64,000 nt of DNA from positions 62,001 through 126,000 of IMG/VR virus record IMGVR_UViG_3300033233_000001; one strand, given 5' to 3'. The stretch's first letter is position 1; every line of letters starts with the position of its first letter. Position numbers and translations under genes: made by a program. The notes under the pieces were generated by a model that was not told the origin of the DNA, searched no databases, and worked only from the letters and a program-made list of their open reading frames with translations. Shown one piece after another: positions 18,897-28,800 of the stretch.

Positions 18897-20089
18897 AGCT
18901 CCGCGAGCAATTCTCTGGCGAGGGGCTCTGGTTCGACCTGGTTGGTCCGCAGTGGCTGAACCTGTCGCTGTCATGGCGCAGCGAGACGCGTATCCGCGAG
19001 CAGTTTCACGACAGCCGGGCGATCGCGTACCAAGACCATCTCCGCTGGTACGAAAGCGTTTATGCAGACGATGTCGCGCACCAGGCGATGTGGATGTTCG
19101 GCGACGCGGAGCACGGCGTCATCGGACAGGCTTCGCTGTACGAGGCCCATCGGACGCCGGGGACGATCACGTTCGGACGTTTCTACGTCGGACGTGAAGA
19201 TCTGCTCGCGCGTGGCTACGGCACGCGAGCGATGCGCGCGGCGTGCGCGCGTGCGTTCGCTCTTGGATTTCAGCGTGTCACTCTCGATGTGAAGCCGCAG
19301 AACCTGGCGGCAATTCGACTGTACCGGAAGTGCGGGTTCGCGGTCGTCGGGACGTTGGTCGACTCGGACTCGGTGCACATGGCACTATCAGCGCCAGGTA
19401 GCCTCACTCACTCGGTTGTAGTCGGGAGCTACAATCGGCCACGGTACGTCGCGCAGACACTGAGGTCTATCGCTACGCAGTCACGGCCGAACTGGGAGTG
19501 CATCGTCAGCGACGACGCGTCCGACGAAAAGACGTTGGAAGTGATCCGAGCGTTCACTGACAAGGACCCGCGGTGGCGGTTGCTGGTGGCTACGGATCGG
19601 CCACCACGTGGAACGCGGGTGAACGCGAACGTCCGAGCGGTCGAGCGGATCAACGACGCGCTCGCGCTCGTCACGGGCGATGTGATTCACTATATCCCGG
19701 ACGACGACATGTTCGCAGCAGACCGCTTCACGCATTTCGATGGCGTGTTCGGCGATGTTGGCAAGACGATGGCGTACGGCCGACTACGCTACATCGTCGA
19801 GGAAGACATCACGGACAACTACCTGTTTCCCGGTGGGCCGGTAACCGAGGTCTACGGGCGACTCGATCAGTCACAGGTAGCGCACCGTCGGACGGCTTTC
19901 GAGAAGGTGCCGAAATGGCCAACAGAGCCTGACTTCATTGGGTACGCCGCGGACGGTCGCTTCTATCAACAGCTGGTGGCCGCGGGCCTTGGTCCCGTCT
20001 GGCCGGTCGACGCGCTCGTGTCTTACAAGCGGAGTCACGAGTTCAACCTGCAAAAAACGCAGTCCGCGTCCGATGAGCGACGGGAGTAG
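18893..20089 (+). CDS. GNAT N-acetyltransferase (PseH-like) fused to GT2 glycosyltransferase
   Basis: RGYG, NLAAIRLYRKCGF; then SYNRP, DDAS, YIPDDD. Confidence 0.85.
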   Translation: MKLREQFSGEGLWFDLVGPQWLNLSLSWRSETRIREQFHDSRAIAYQDHLRWYESVYADDVAHQAMWMFGDAEHGVIGQASLYEAHRTPGTITFGRFYVGREDLLARGYGTRAMRAACARAFALGFQRVTLDVKPQNLAAIRLYRKCGFAVVGTLVDSDSVHMALSAPGSLTHSVVVGSYNRPRYVAQTLRSIATQSRPNWECIVSDDASDEKTLEVIRAFTDKDPRWRLLVATDRPPRGTRVNANVRAVERINDALALVTGDVIHYIPDDDMFAADRFTHFDGVFGDVGKTMAYGRLRYIVEEDITDNYLFPGGPVTEVYGRLDQSQVAHRRTAFEKVPKWPTEPDFIGYAADGRFYQQLVAAGLGPVWPVDALVSYKRSHEFNLQKTQSASDERRE

Positions 20090-20094
20090 CCGGC

Positions 20095-21189
20095 ATGGGA
20101 ACCGGGTCAAAGATCTGTGTCGTAACGCCTAGCTGTCGGCCGGAGAACTTGCCGTTGGTGGATATGAGCATCAGGCGCGCGCGCCGCCTTACCACCGTGG
20201 AATGGTTCGTGGTGTTGGACGAAACCAAAGGCGTCATCGCTGTACCGCCCGATCTGACGATCGATCACGTGGTCCGCACGGCGAGTGCTGCTGACGTTAC
20301 GGCGTGGCGTGGCAATCATCTGCGTAATCTGGCTATCAACGCCATCGAGACGCCGGAGTCCTGGGTGGTCATGGTGGACGATGACAACTTGCTGTCGCCG
20401 TCGCTGGTGGACGCGCTCATCAAGGAACCGGCGGACACAGACTGGATCATTCCTAGTCGAGTCATGCCCGATGGGACGGTCGTCGCCGCGTCCGCGCCGA
20501 AGGTAGAGTCTATCGACGCCGCACAGATCGCGGTGCGTCGTCGTGCGCTCGGTAGCCTGCGATTCGGTACGCGCTACGAAGCGGACGGGGACTTGGCCGT
20601 CAAGCTGTACGAGTGGTGCCCGGCTGTGGAATGTCGTGTGGACGTCGAGGTTACCTACAACGCGCTGGAAGCAGCGCCGGGGAGGTGGAAAACGATTGCT
20701 GGGTGGCTCAACGTTCCCACCATGTATGAGCGCGTGCTGCGAGAGGTGCCTGCGATGGGCCGAGTGGCTGAGGTGGGCATCTATGCAGGCAGATCGTCGT
20801 TGTTCATGTTCGAGCACATGAAAGAGTGGAAGAAGCCGGTTGAGTATCACGTGATCGACATCTGGGACGACAAGTTCGTTCGCCAGGGCTGGGAGATCGT
20901 CTCGCGGTGGTATAAGCCGTTCTTTACGGAGTGGTGGCTGCCGTCCGTACAGGCGGCAAGGCACTTCGCAGACGCGTCGTTGGATGCGGTCATCCTGGAT
21001 GCGGATCATACGTACGAAGCTGTGCGCGACGATCTGGCAGCATGGGTGCCAAAGGTGAAGCCTGGTGGAATCGTGGTCGGTGACGACTACAGGCACCCGG
21101 TGTACCCTGGCGTCGCAATGGCAGTTGACGAGGCGCTTGGTCCTGTCGAGTTCATCGCGCCCATGGGATTTTTCTGGCGGAAGCCGTGA
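20095..21189 (+). CDS. GT2-like domain fused to class I methyltransferase (Methyltransf_24-like)
   Basis: VTPSCRPENL, DDDN; EVGIYAGRS, LDADHTYE, KPGGIVVGDDY. Confidence 0.85.
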   Translation: MGTGSKICVVTPSCRPENLPLVDMSIRRARRLTTVEWFVVLDETKGVIAVPPDLTIDHVVRTASAADVTAWRGNHLRNLAINAIETPESWVVMVDDDNLLSPSLVDALIKEPADTDWIIPSRVMPDGTVVAASAPKVESIDAAQIAVRRRALGSLRFGTRYEADGDLAVKLYEWCPAVECRVDVEVTYNALEAAPGRWKTIAGWLNVPTMYERVLREVPAMGRVAEVGIYAGRSSLFMFEHMKEWKKPVEYHVIDIWDDKFVRQGWEIVSRWYKPFFTEWWLPSVQAARHFADASLDAVILDADHTYEAVRDDLAAWVPKVKPGGIVVGDDYRHPVYPGVAMAVDEALGPVEFIAPMGFFWRKP

Positions 21190-21208
21190 TCTGAGACGGA
21201 GGCGTGCC

Positions 21209-21823
21209 GTGGCGGGAGTAACGATCATCGGGTGTTCGCGAAGCGGAACGACGTATACTGCACTTGTCCTGCGGTGTTTTGGTGCCGATGTTGGCCATGA
21301 GCGGCTGGGGCGTGATGGGATCTGCTCATGGATGGTGTCTGTAGACCTCGAAGTACGAAGCCCGTGGGGTGATGGGACGCGGCGCCGCGACATCCCCCGC
21401 GACAACCATGTCATTCATGTAGTGCGGCATCCGCTCGACGTTATCGCTTCGATGAACACCCGTCCGGACTCGGTGCCGTCCGGGGCCTCGGCTCAGCATC
21501 TGCGCGCTGGTCTGTTGAAGATCGGCGCGACGGACCCGGGAACGACGATGTCGCTACGAGCCAGAATGATCATCTGGCACGAGTGGACGCGCCACTGCCG
21601 CCGCGAATCAGAGCAGACTATTCGCGTATCTGAGATGCCGACGCGTGTGCCTGAACTGGTGCGACGGATCGGGATCGAGCCCAAGCTGCTGGGATCCCTC
21701 CCGTCGACGACGACGAACGCGCGGCCACATGCGCGTCTCGCATGGGCCGATCTGGACAGAGAAGACGCGACGATCTGCGAGCAGATTCGCGCGGCGGCCG
21801 GCGAGTATGGGTTTGTGCCATGA
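21209..21823 (+). CDS. sulfotransferase-like protein
   Basis: IGCSRSGTTY (PAPS-binding loop), HVVRHPLDVIAS; GGAGG RBS. Confidence 0.75.
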   Translation: MAGVTIIGCSRSGTTYTALVLRCFGADVGHERLGRDGICSWMVSVDLEVRSPWGDGTRRRDIPRDNHVIHVVRHPLDVIASMNTRPDSVPSGASAQHLRAGLLKIGATDPGTTMSLRARMIIWHEWTRHCRRESEQTIRVSEMPTRVPELVRRIGIEPKLLGSLPSTTTNARPHARLAWADLDREDATICEQIRAAAGEYGFVP

Positions 21824-22635
21824 AACGATTAGTTATCTATGCGCACTACGACCGCGAGTCGAAGGTCAAAGGCTACGTCAAGTTCATGCTTATGGCGCTA
21901 CGTCCGCTTGCCGAGAAGCTGGTCTTTGTGTCGACGTCGGTGTTGACCGAGGCGCAGATCAACGATGTAAGGCCGCTCGTTGATCAAGTACGTCGGATTC
22001 CAAACATCGGGTACGATGTGGAGATGTACCGTAGTACATTGAAGGAAGTGCCGGCGGCCGACTACGACGAGTTAGTGTTGGTGAACTCAAGCACCCTCGG
22101 CCCGGTAGGCAATCTTGGCGCGCTGGTGGAGCGAATGAGTGCAGATCCGTGTGACTTTTGGGGCATGACGGACGGCACGGAGATGGGCTACAATCTACAA
22201 GGCTACTGGCTCGTTTACAAGCAGCGTGTGTGTTGCTCTCCGGCATTTGCGGAGTTTTGGGACAAGGCGGTCCCACTTCAGGACAAGCAGCAGATCATTC
22301 AGCGCTACGAGCACGGCCTGACGGCACACATGTGTGCGGCGGGATTCAAGGCCGGATGCGTGGTCTCGTGTCATACGTTGGGGTTGGCAGGGTCCAACGT
22401 GACCTATTGGGCGCCAGATCGACTGTTGCGCTTGGGCGTGCCGCTCGTGAAAATCGGAATGCTTCGCGAGCGTGACGTGGCCGTAACGTTGCGAGTGAGA
22501 AAGCAGATGGCAGACGCGGGATATGACACGAAGCTGGTCGACGAGGCGGTCCCGACACTGGGTGCGGCGGCAGCAGCGCCGGTGCAGGGACCGCGCGGCG
22601 GAACGGCGCGTCATCCGAGGAGGGGGCGCCGCTAG
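21820..22635 (+). CDS. rhamnan synthesis protein F (RgpF)-like
   Basis: IYAHYD, NIGYD, LVNSS.LGP, DFWGMT, IQRYEHGL. Confidence 0.8.
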   Translation: MKRLVIYAHYDRESKVKGYVKFMLMALRPLAEKLVFVSTSVLTEAQINDVRPLVDQVRRIPNIGYDVEMYRSTLKEVPAADYDELVLVNSSTLGPVGNLGALVERMSADPCDFWGMTDGTEMGYNLQGYWLVYKQRVCCSPAFAEFWDKAVPLQDKQQIIQRYEHGLTAHMCAAGFKAGCVVSCHTLGLAGSNVTYWAPDRLLRLGVPLVKIGMLRERDVAVTLRVRKQMADAGYDTKLVDEAVPTLGAAAAAPVQGPRGGTARHPRRGRR

Positions 22636-22648
22636 GCGCTCGTTGCGG

Positions 22649-23275
22649 ATGATGGACGTGTTCCGTGGTCGTGTGCAAGTAGGTGGCGAGTGGATCGCTT
22701 ACGGGAAATCGCCTGAATGTCATCCGGGTGATATTCCGCATCAGAAGGACCGGCAGACGCTTCATGCGTACGAGCAGGTCTTCTCTGGCTGGTCGCCGAG
22801 AGCGGTGCTGGAGGTTGGCGTCTGCGACGGAGGTAGTCTGCTGATCTGGCGAGCACTATGGCCGGCCGCGCGCGTCGTGGGCGTTGACTGTCGAGTGCCG
22901 CCAGACCGCGCTATGGCGGCGTTTGTAGGTCTGCACGTGGAGTTTATCCACCGTGAGATGCCGGCACAGCTGGACCTGCCTGCTGCTGGGTTCGATCTGG
23001 TGATTGACGACGGCGCGCACGGCTATACGTCGGTAGCGTCGAACTTCGAGATCTGCTGGCCACTGGTCGCACCTGGCGGTCGGTATGTCGTCGAAGACTG
23101 GCATTTGCCCGAGTTCGATCCTGGTAGGATCGGTGGTCTGCTCGCAGAGACAGTGATCGGCGCGGACGATGGCGCGCACTTCTGCGACGGCGACTTTCCA
23201 CCGAACTCGGCGCTGCGGGTGGAGGTCTATCGCCGAATGATCGTGGTCTACAAGCGGGGCGGCGACGAAGACTAG
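22649..23275 (+). CDS. class I SAM-dependent methyltransferase
   Basis: VLEVGVCDGGSL, FDLVIDDGAH, PGGRYVVED. Confidence 0.85.
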   Translation: MMDVFRGRVQVGGEWIAYGKSPECHPGDIPHQKDRQTLHAYEQVFSGWSPRAVLEVGVCDGGSLLIWRALWPAARVVGVDCRVPPDRAMAAFVGLHVEFIHREMPAQLDLPAAGFDLVIDDGAHGYTSVASNFEICWPLVAPGGRYVVEDWHLPEFDPGRIGGLLAETVIGADDGAHFCDGDFPPNSALRVEVYRRMIVVYKRGGDED

Positions 23276-24246
23276 GTCGCCGGCAGCCGCGGTGGCTCCA
23301 TGATCTTCCCGGTCATGAACCCGAGACCTGCGCCGAGTCCGGCTGCCAGCCACTTGTTGCGGACGAGATTGCCGCTCAGGCCGGCGGCGGCGCCAAGCGT
23401 CGTGAGCAAGATCGTCGCCAGCTGCGACTGCGTGATCGTGATCCCGGCCATGCCGCTGATGGCACGCGTGCTTCCTACGATCTGAGTCGAGCCGTCCGGA
23501 CCGACGATCAGGGTACGCGTGCCGAGCGAGCCGCCGGAGATGGTTAGCGTGCACGGCTGTCCAGTTCGCTGGGCGTTTCCGAGCGCCAGACCGATGCCGG
23601 TCGAGTAGTCGACGTTGCTGGCGATGACCTGGCCGCCACAGGTAACCGTGCCAGTGCCGAGGCTGGTCGACCGCGCCATGAGGCTGGCGCGGTCGACAGA
23701 AGCCGGCAGGACGCCGCTGGGGGTCGTCGCAGCCGGTACGGGCGTAGCTGGCGCCTGGGAGGGCGCGCGCCCGAGCAGCCGGTCGAGCCAGGTACAGCCG
23801 AGGCCGTCGCCGGTGTCGCCCATCGCAGCGGCGCGTATGCGCTCACGCGTCGGCGGCGCGATGCCGCCGCCCAGCCACTTCGGCGACGGACGGCCGATGC
23901 TGCGTGCGTACGCGTCGGCCGCTGCACGCGTTGCCGGCCAGCTGTCGACGACGCAGCCGCCCCACGACGTGTTCGTCGCCGGGTCGTAACCGAAGCTCCC
24001 GCCGAGGCCCATGATGCCGCGGTAGGGATCGAGCCCGTACCTCATGATGTCCGGCTCGCCCGTCACCCACGAGCCGTGCTCGATGTACGGCGCGATCGGA
24101 AGGCCTGCCTCCTGAAGCCGCTGGAAGTTCGGCGGCGCGGTCACGCCAGGCGGGAGTGCCGCGAAACTCAGCTGCCCAGGGACTCCTTTCGCTTGGCCGA
24201 GGCCAGCGAGCGGACGGCGACGTGGACGCGGTGCTCGGTACGACAT
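23272..24246 (-). CDS. multi-GLG-motif protein with C-terminal TM segments (putative structural)
   Basis: MSYRAP start, LAGLGQ, IMGLGG, GDGLGC; TAGGAT 7 nt upstream of ATG. Confidence 0.7.
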   Translation of the reverse strand: MSYRAPRPRRRPLAGLGQAKGVPGQLSFAALPPGVTAPPNFQRLQEAGLPIAPYIEHGSWVTGEPDIMRYGLDPYRGIMGLGGSFGYDPATNTSWGGCVVDSWPATRAAADAYARSIGRPSPKWLGGGIAPPTRERIRAAAMGDTGDGLGCTWLDRLLGRAPSQAPATPVPAATTPSGVLPASVDRASLMARSTSLGTGTVTCGGQVIASNVDYSTGIGLALGNAQRTGQPCTLTISGGSLGTRTLIVGPDGSTQIVGSTRAISGMAGITITQSQLATILLTTLGAAAGLSGNLVRNKWLAAGLGAGLGFMTGKIMEPPRLPAT

Positions 24247-24295
24247 GTCTGGGATCCTACATCGGCGCGGACCGTTGTGGTAGTGTCCGACCGCG

Positions 24296-25078
24296 ATGAC
24301 GAACGCAGCTGGGCCCGAAGAGATCGAGGATGACGACGGCGAGGACGAGCATCTCGTCGAGATGCTCCGTAAGCCGCACAAGAAACTGTCGCAGGTGCTG
24401 CTGAAGTACCGCGAGTCGTTCTGGACGATGGGGCTGTCGAACCTGCGGACGCAGGTGCTCGGGCGCGGCCGATTCGGCGTCGCCTACAAGATCGACATCG
24501 GCGGCGCACCGTCGGTCTTGAAGGTAACGCGCGACCCGTACGAGACGATCAGCAGCTTCCTGCTCCAGAACAAGAAGACTTCTCGCGTCGTGCCGATCTT
24601 CAAGGTCTGGCAGTGTGCCAAGAGCGTGACGCGTTCGAAGGACGGTCTGCTCTGGTGCGTCGTGCACCGGCAGCTACTGAACCCGGTAAACAAGCGCGAC
24701 GCGAAAATCTTGGAGTTCCTCTACTCGCTCTACTGCGACGACGACGTCGATCTCTGGCTCCCGAAGCTCGGGCCGAGTGGACGCGCGATGCGGGCGAAGT
24801 GGAAGGACTTCATCGACGACCAGTACCAGGGCCAGCAGCGTGATCGCGTCCTAACCGTCCTGAACGACGTCTCGGTCGGCGCCGCCGAGCTACGCAAGCT
24901 CGGGTACGTCTGGGCCGACTGCCACTCGGATAACATGATGAGAGACGAGAGCGGCGTGCTGCGCATCTCTGATGTTGGATGGGGCATTCCTCAGCGCGAT
25001 GGCAGGACGGTGCCACCCGACTTCACAGTCGAGGCCGCGCGCGAATATGTCAGGGCGCTAGAGGGCGCGGCCAGCTAG
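24296..25078 (+). CDS. protein kinase-like fold enzyme
   Basis: LGRGRFGVAY, VLK, DCHSDN (catalytic loop), ISDVG (DFG-equivalent). Confidence 0.85.
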   Translation: MTNAAGPEEIEDDDGEDEHLVEMLRKPHKKLSQVLLKYRESFWTMGLSNLRTQVLGRGRFGVAYKIDIGGAPSVLKVTRDPYETISSFLLQNKKTSRVVPIFKVWQCAKSVTRSKDGLLWCVVHRQLLNPVNKRDAKILEFLYSLYCDDDVDLWLPKLGPSGRAMRAKWKDFIDDQYQGQQRDRVLTVLNDVSVGAAELRKLGYVWADCHSDNMMRDESGVLRISDVGWGIPQRDGRTVPPDFTVEAAREYVRALEGAAS

Positions 25079-25085
25079 TACGGGA

Positions 25086-25286
25086 CTAGTACGGGATTGA
25101 GGCTATCGCTGCTGCCACGCCGTCGCCTGTCAGGACTGCGCTGCCGTCCTGGTAGGTGACCAGACCGCGCCGCACGAGTCCCGCGAGCGTGCCGCGTGAT
25201 GGGTACCAGCGCCGGCCTGTGTGCCGGTTGTGCTGGCGCTCGCCGTAGAGATGCAGCAGCGCGCGTCGCTGGGCTTTGCTTCTCAT
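25086..25286 (-). CDS. small basic winged-helix-like protein
   Basis: AQRRAL...TLAGLVRRGLV...LT..G pattern; directly downstream of the CRISPR array. Confidence 0.5.
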   Translation of the reverse strand: MRSKAQRRALLHLYGERQHNRHTGRRWYPSRGTLAGLVRRGLVTYQDGSAVLTGDGVAAAIASIPY

Positions 25287-25308
25287 CGCGCGCGGATCGA
25301 GCCGATCT

Positions 25309-25643
25309 GTCACCGGTTTCAGGGCACCGGGCAGCCATTACGATCGAGCGGACCTCGCGATGGGTGACCTCGTCACCGTAGTCGTCACCGGTTTCAGGGC
25401 ACCGGGCAGCCATTGCGATGCGTCCAAGGGGCAGTACGGTGCTCTGCTGGCATTCGCGTCACCGGTTTCAGGGCACCGGGCAGCCATTGCGATCGCGACG
25501 TGGCCGCGGCCTTCTTGCGCTGCAGCGTGGACGTCACCGGTTTCAGGGCACCGGGCAGCCATTGCGATCGACTTCCAGAGCGTCTGCGATCAGCAGGAGT
25601 CTCTCTCGTCACCGGTTTCAGGGCACCGGGCAGCCATTGCGAT
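25309..25643 (-). CRISPR. CRISPR mini-array: 5 repeats of 36 bp (plus strand GTCACCGGTTTCAGGGCACCGGGCAGCCATTGCGAT), 4 spacers of 38-39 bp; no cas genes in window
   Basis: repeats at 25309, 25384, 25458, 25533, 25608; repeat at 25309 has one mismatch (leader-distal); internal CCGGT/ACCGG hairpin. Confidence 0.97.
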
Positions 25644-25840
25644 AGACTCTGAAAAACTCCAATCATGCCGCAGCATTCGGTGCCGTCTTGCGAGCGGGTC
25701 CGTTTTGGTCTCTCGTCGACTCTAGCAGCAGGCCCGTGTTCGTCCAGCCAGTATCCGACATCTGCTTGTTTTGCCTCGTCTTTTTGTTCGTTGCGAGCGG
25801 GTCCGGTACTTTTGCGAGCATCGGGGCCGCTCGCGAGGCG
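25644..25840 (-). promoter_or_regulatory. CRISPR leader
   Basis: T-rich tract; 15-bp direct repeat TTGCGAGCGGGTCCG at 25688 and 25791, further TTGCGAGC and inverted GCCGCTCGC. Confidence 0.75.
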
Positions 25841-25841
25841 C

Positions 25842-28800
25842 TCAGATCAGCGCCAGCTGGTTGTCTTCGCTGGCCGGCAGAGCAGGAGAGGTCGGTGCGC
25901 CCGTGCTCTGCGGCACGAAGCGGAGGTATGGCGACGGCGTGACCGGTTCGCCGCTGATATCGTCTCCGTGCGTGTACGTGCTGATCCAGCACTCATCGCG
26001 TGCGCGCGTCACCGCCACGTAGAAGCATCGAAGTTCTTCGCGCTCGGTCCCCCATGGGACGGGCCAGTTGGCCGCGACCATGCCGGGAATGAACGTGACT
26101 GGGTACTCAAGGCCTTTGCTGTTGCACCCGTCGAATCCGTTCTGGAGGAAGCGGCCATGGCCCGGAACCTCGATGCACATCGCATCACCGACGTAACGCT
26201 CGATCTTTTCGATTTGATCGTGATGAAATGCTAGGTCTTCTGACAGCCCAAACTTTCGCGCAACGTGCCTAGAGACGTAACCACGGCTCACGGCATTTGC
26301 ACGGTCGAACTTGGTTGTGGCCGTCCGTGGCAACGCGCGCGCAAGTGTCTTACTCATTGGAATCAGCGTGTTGGTTTCTGGACTGACCGCGGCGTTTGAT
26401 TGGCGATTCTTCCGCGCAGAGACGAACCCGATTCGAGACGCAAAGACAGCTGCTTGTTGACCGTATGCGTCCACGCGCCACGCATCATGCAGCCGGCCGG
26501 CCGTTTTCATCCGCACCTTGAAGCGAGACGTGATGATTCCATGTCGCAGTAGCAGCTGCTGCACTCCGAAGCCGATGTCGCGGTACTTGGTCGTAAAGGC
26601 AATGTGGTCCATGCGACCATCGTCCTTGATATTGACCGTTGCATCCTCGAACAGGCCTCGCAAGAACGCGACCTGTGTCTGTCGTGACGTTTGCCAGATC
26701 GTCTCTGGGATGGCTTTCTTGTGCGGGCTTAGCCCACCAACGGAGCGAAGCCAGTCAGCGATCATTACAGAACACACTTCGGCGTTGTACCATCCTGTTC
26801 GTTTGCCTGGCACGTACCACTTTGTTGCGTGCACTCTTGGACCAAAGATGCGACAACACAAGTCGCCGAACCGATCGATGACATCGAGGTCAGCCTTTGT
26901 GGTGCGAAATCCACTACGAAAAACCGTACCGTCGGCTACCATGAGACCCAGGAACTCGGCCACTTCTTCCGTTAGATGTTTTGGAATCGTGTGACGAACG
27001 GTGCGGATGTCGAGGCCGCCTGGTGCTAGCGGCATGCGCGGGGCGCGGCCGCGTTGTCTTCGCTCTGTTCCTAGTTTTAGACGTAGAAAGTCGCCCACTC
27101 GCAACGTGGCGGCCGGCACTGGTACGTACGATGAGCCGTCCCAGGACATCAGGCCGTGGTCGCTGGTGACAGAGATCTCGTATCCGTAACGCGTCGTCAT
27201 GCGAAGCATCTTGCACTTTGCGTAACGCACCGGTGCTTGGTACTGTCGCATTCCAGCCGTGGTCGCGACGGTTCCGGTGTCATGCGCTAGGGAGATAGGT
27301 GTCGTGCCGCGGTCTGTGTCAACGAGCGTCTCCGGGCTAACGCACTTATGAATGGTAATCACCGACACGGCGTTACGGCTCTGCGCGGCCGCGCGCTGCT
27401 GTGCGCGCATCTCGTCGACGATCGTGAGCATGACCTCGACGGTGTCGAAACCCTCGGCGAACGACCGGATGCGCGCCATCGTGTTGGTGAAGCTGCTCGA
27501 TTCGTCTCCCTCTGCCTGCTCTCGCCTGTGCCACTGCACGTACTGCGTGCGGTCGATGATGCGTTCGAGCAGTTGTGCCGGCGTCGCGCCCCGTAGCATC
27601 GAGCCGCGCCACTCCTTGATCTGCTCGACGAACTGGAACGCCGCGTCTCTCGCGCGTCCGTGGTAAGCATCGCAGCGCTCGATGCGCTCGGCCCAGTCGC
27701 CGTCGCTCTTGTCGACGCGCGCGACCGAGTCGACGAACGCTCTGCCGAGGTAGCGACTCGGATTCGTGAGTGCTTGGTAGAGGTCGTCTTCTTCCGCCTT
27801 ACCGAGGATGAGTCGAAAGTACGCGAGCATGGCCTTCGCCTCCTTGAGGCCGAAGAAGCTCGTGCCGGAGACCATGCGGAGCGGGACCTTCTGCCGGAAG
27901 AACTCTAGCTCGATATCCTTCGACTGCGCGTTGAGGCGAATGAGAATGGCCATGTCTCGCCACTCACGGCCGCGGCGTTTCTGCTCGGCGCAGAGGTTGG
28001 CGATCGCAGCGGCCTCGACCGCCGAAGTCGAGGACGTAAGTCTGCCGACGAAGCCTCGGATCTCACGCGTCGGTTTGAGATGCATCGGGAGCTTGTCGTT
28101 CGGGGCCATAGCGTCGAGTACGCGGTTGCCGCAGTCGAGGATGTCGCTGCCGGAGCGGAAGTTCTCTTCCATGTAGACGGCGCCGCAGCCCCAGCGTTCG
28201 GCAAACGATAGTAGATGTTCCGGGCGAGCCTGTCTGAACGAATAGAGCGCCTGCCCGGCGTCGCCGACCACTACGAGGTTGCGATGCCCAGAGGCTAGTA
28301 GCTCGATCAGCTGCCACTGTGCTTCGCACAAGTCCTGCGCCTCATCGACGATGATGTAGTCGTAACGCTGCTGCCAGATCTGCCGGATGTCCTCGTCGTG
28401 CTCGACGATGCGCGCTGCTTCCCAAAGGATGTCGTCGAAGGTCGCGAACGGGAAGCCGTTGGCGCCCTCGACGCGGCCGGCGCGCCGTGCGTTATCGGCA
28501 GCGTAGAAGAGGCGGATCAGATCTTCGATGCCGTGCCTCGGGTCACGCTTCTTCTCGATGATGATGTCAGCCGCCGCGAGCAGGTCGGTGTGGACCTTGC
28601 TGAGATCGAAGTCGCCGCTCAGCGGCGAGAACGGCAGCGGCGGGACGGGCAGATAGTCGTTCCGGACCTTCGAGGAGAACGCCTTCACGAGGTCGACGTC
28701 GGGCTTCTGGATGCCGAGGCTCGCTGCGGCCTCGCGAATCGCCTTGTTCCACAGCGCCTCGACGTTGCCATAGTTGGCTGACCTGTTCGACTCCTCGCTT

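Noticed and set aside
25075-25725. ORFs with repeated peptides (MAARCPETGD, SPVSGHRAAIA)
   Set aside because: These are translations of the CRISPR repeats.
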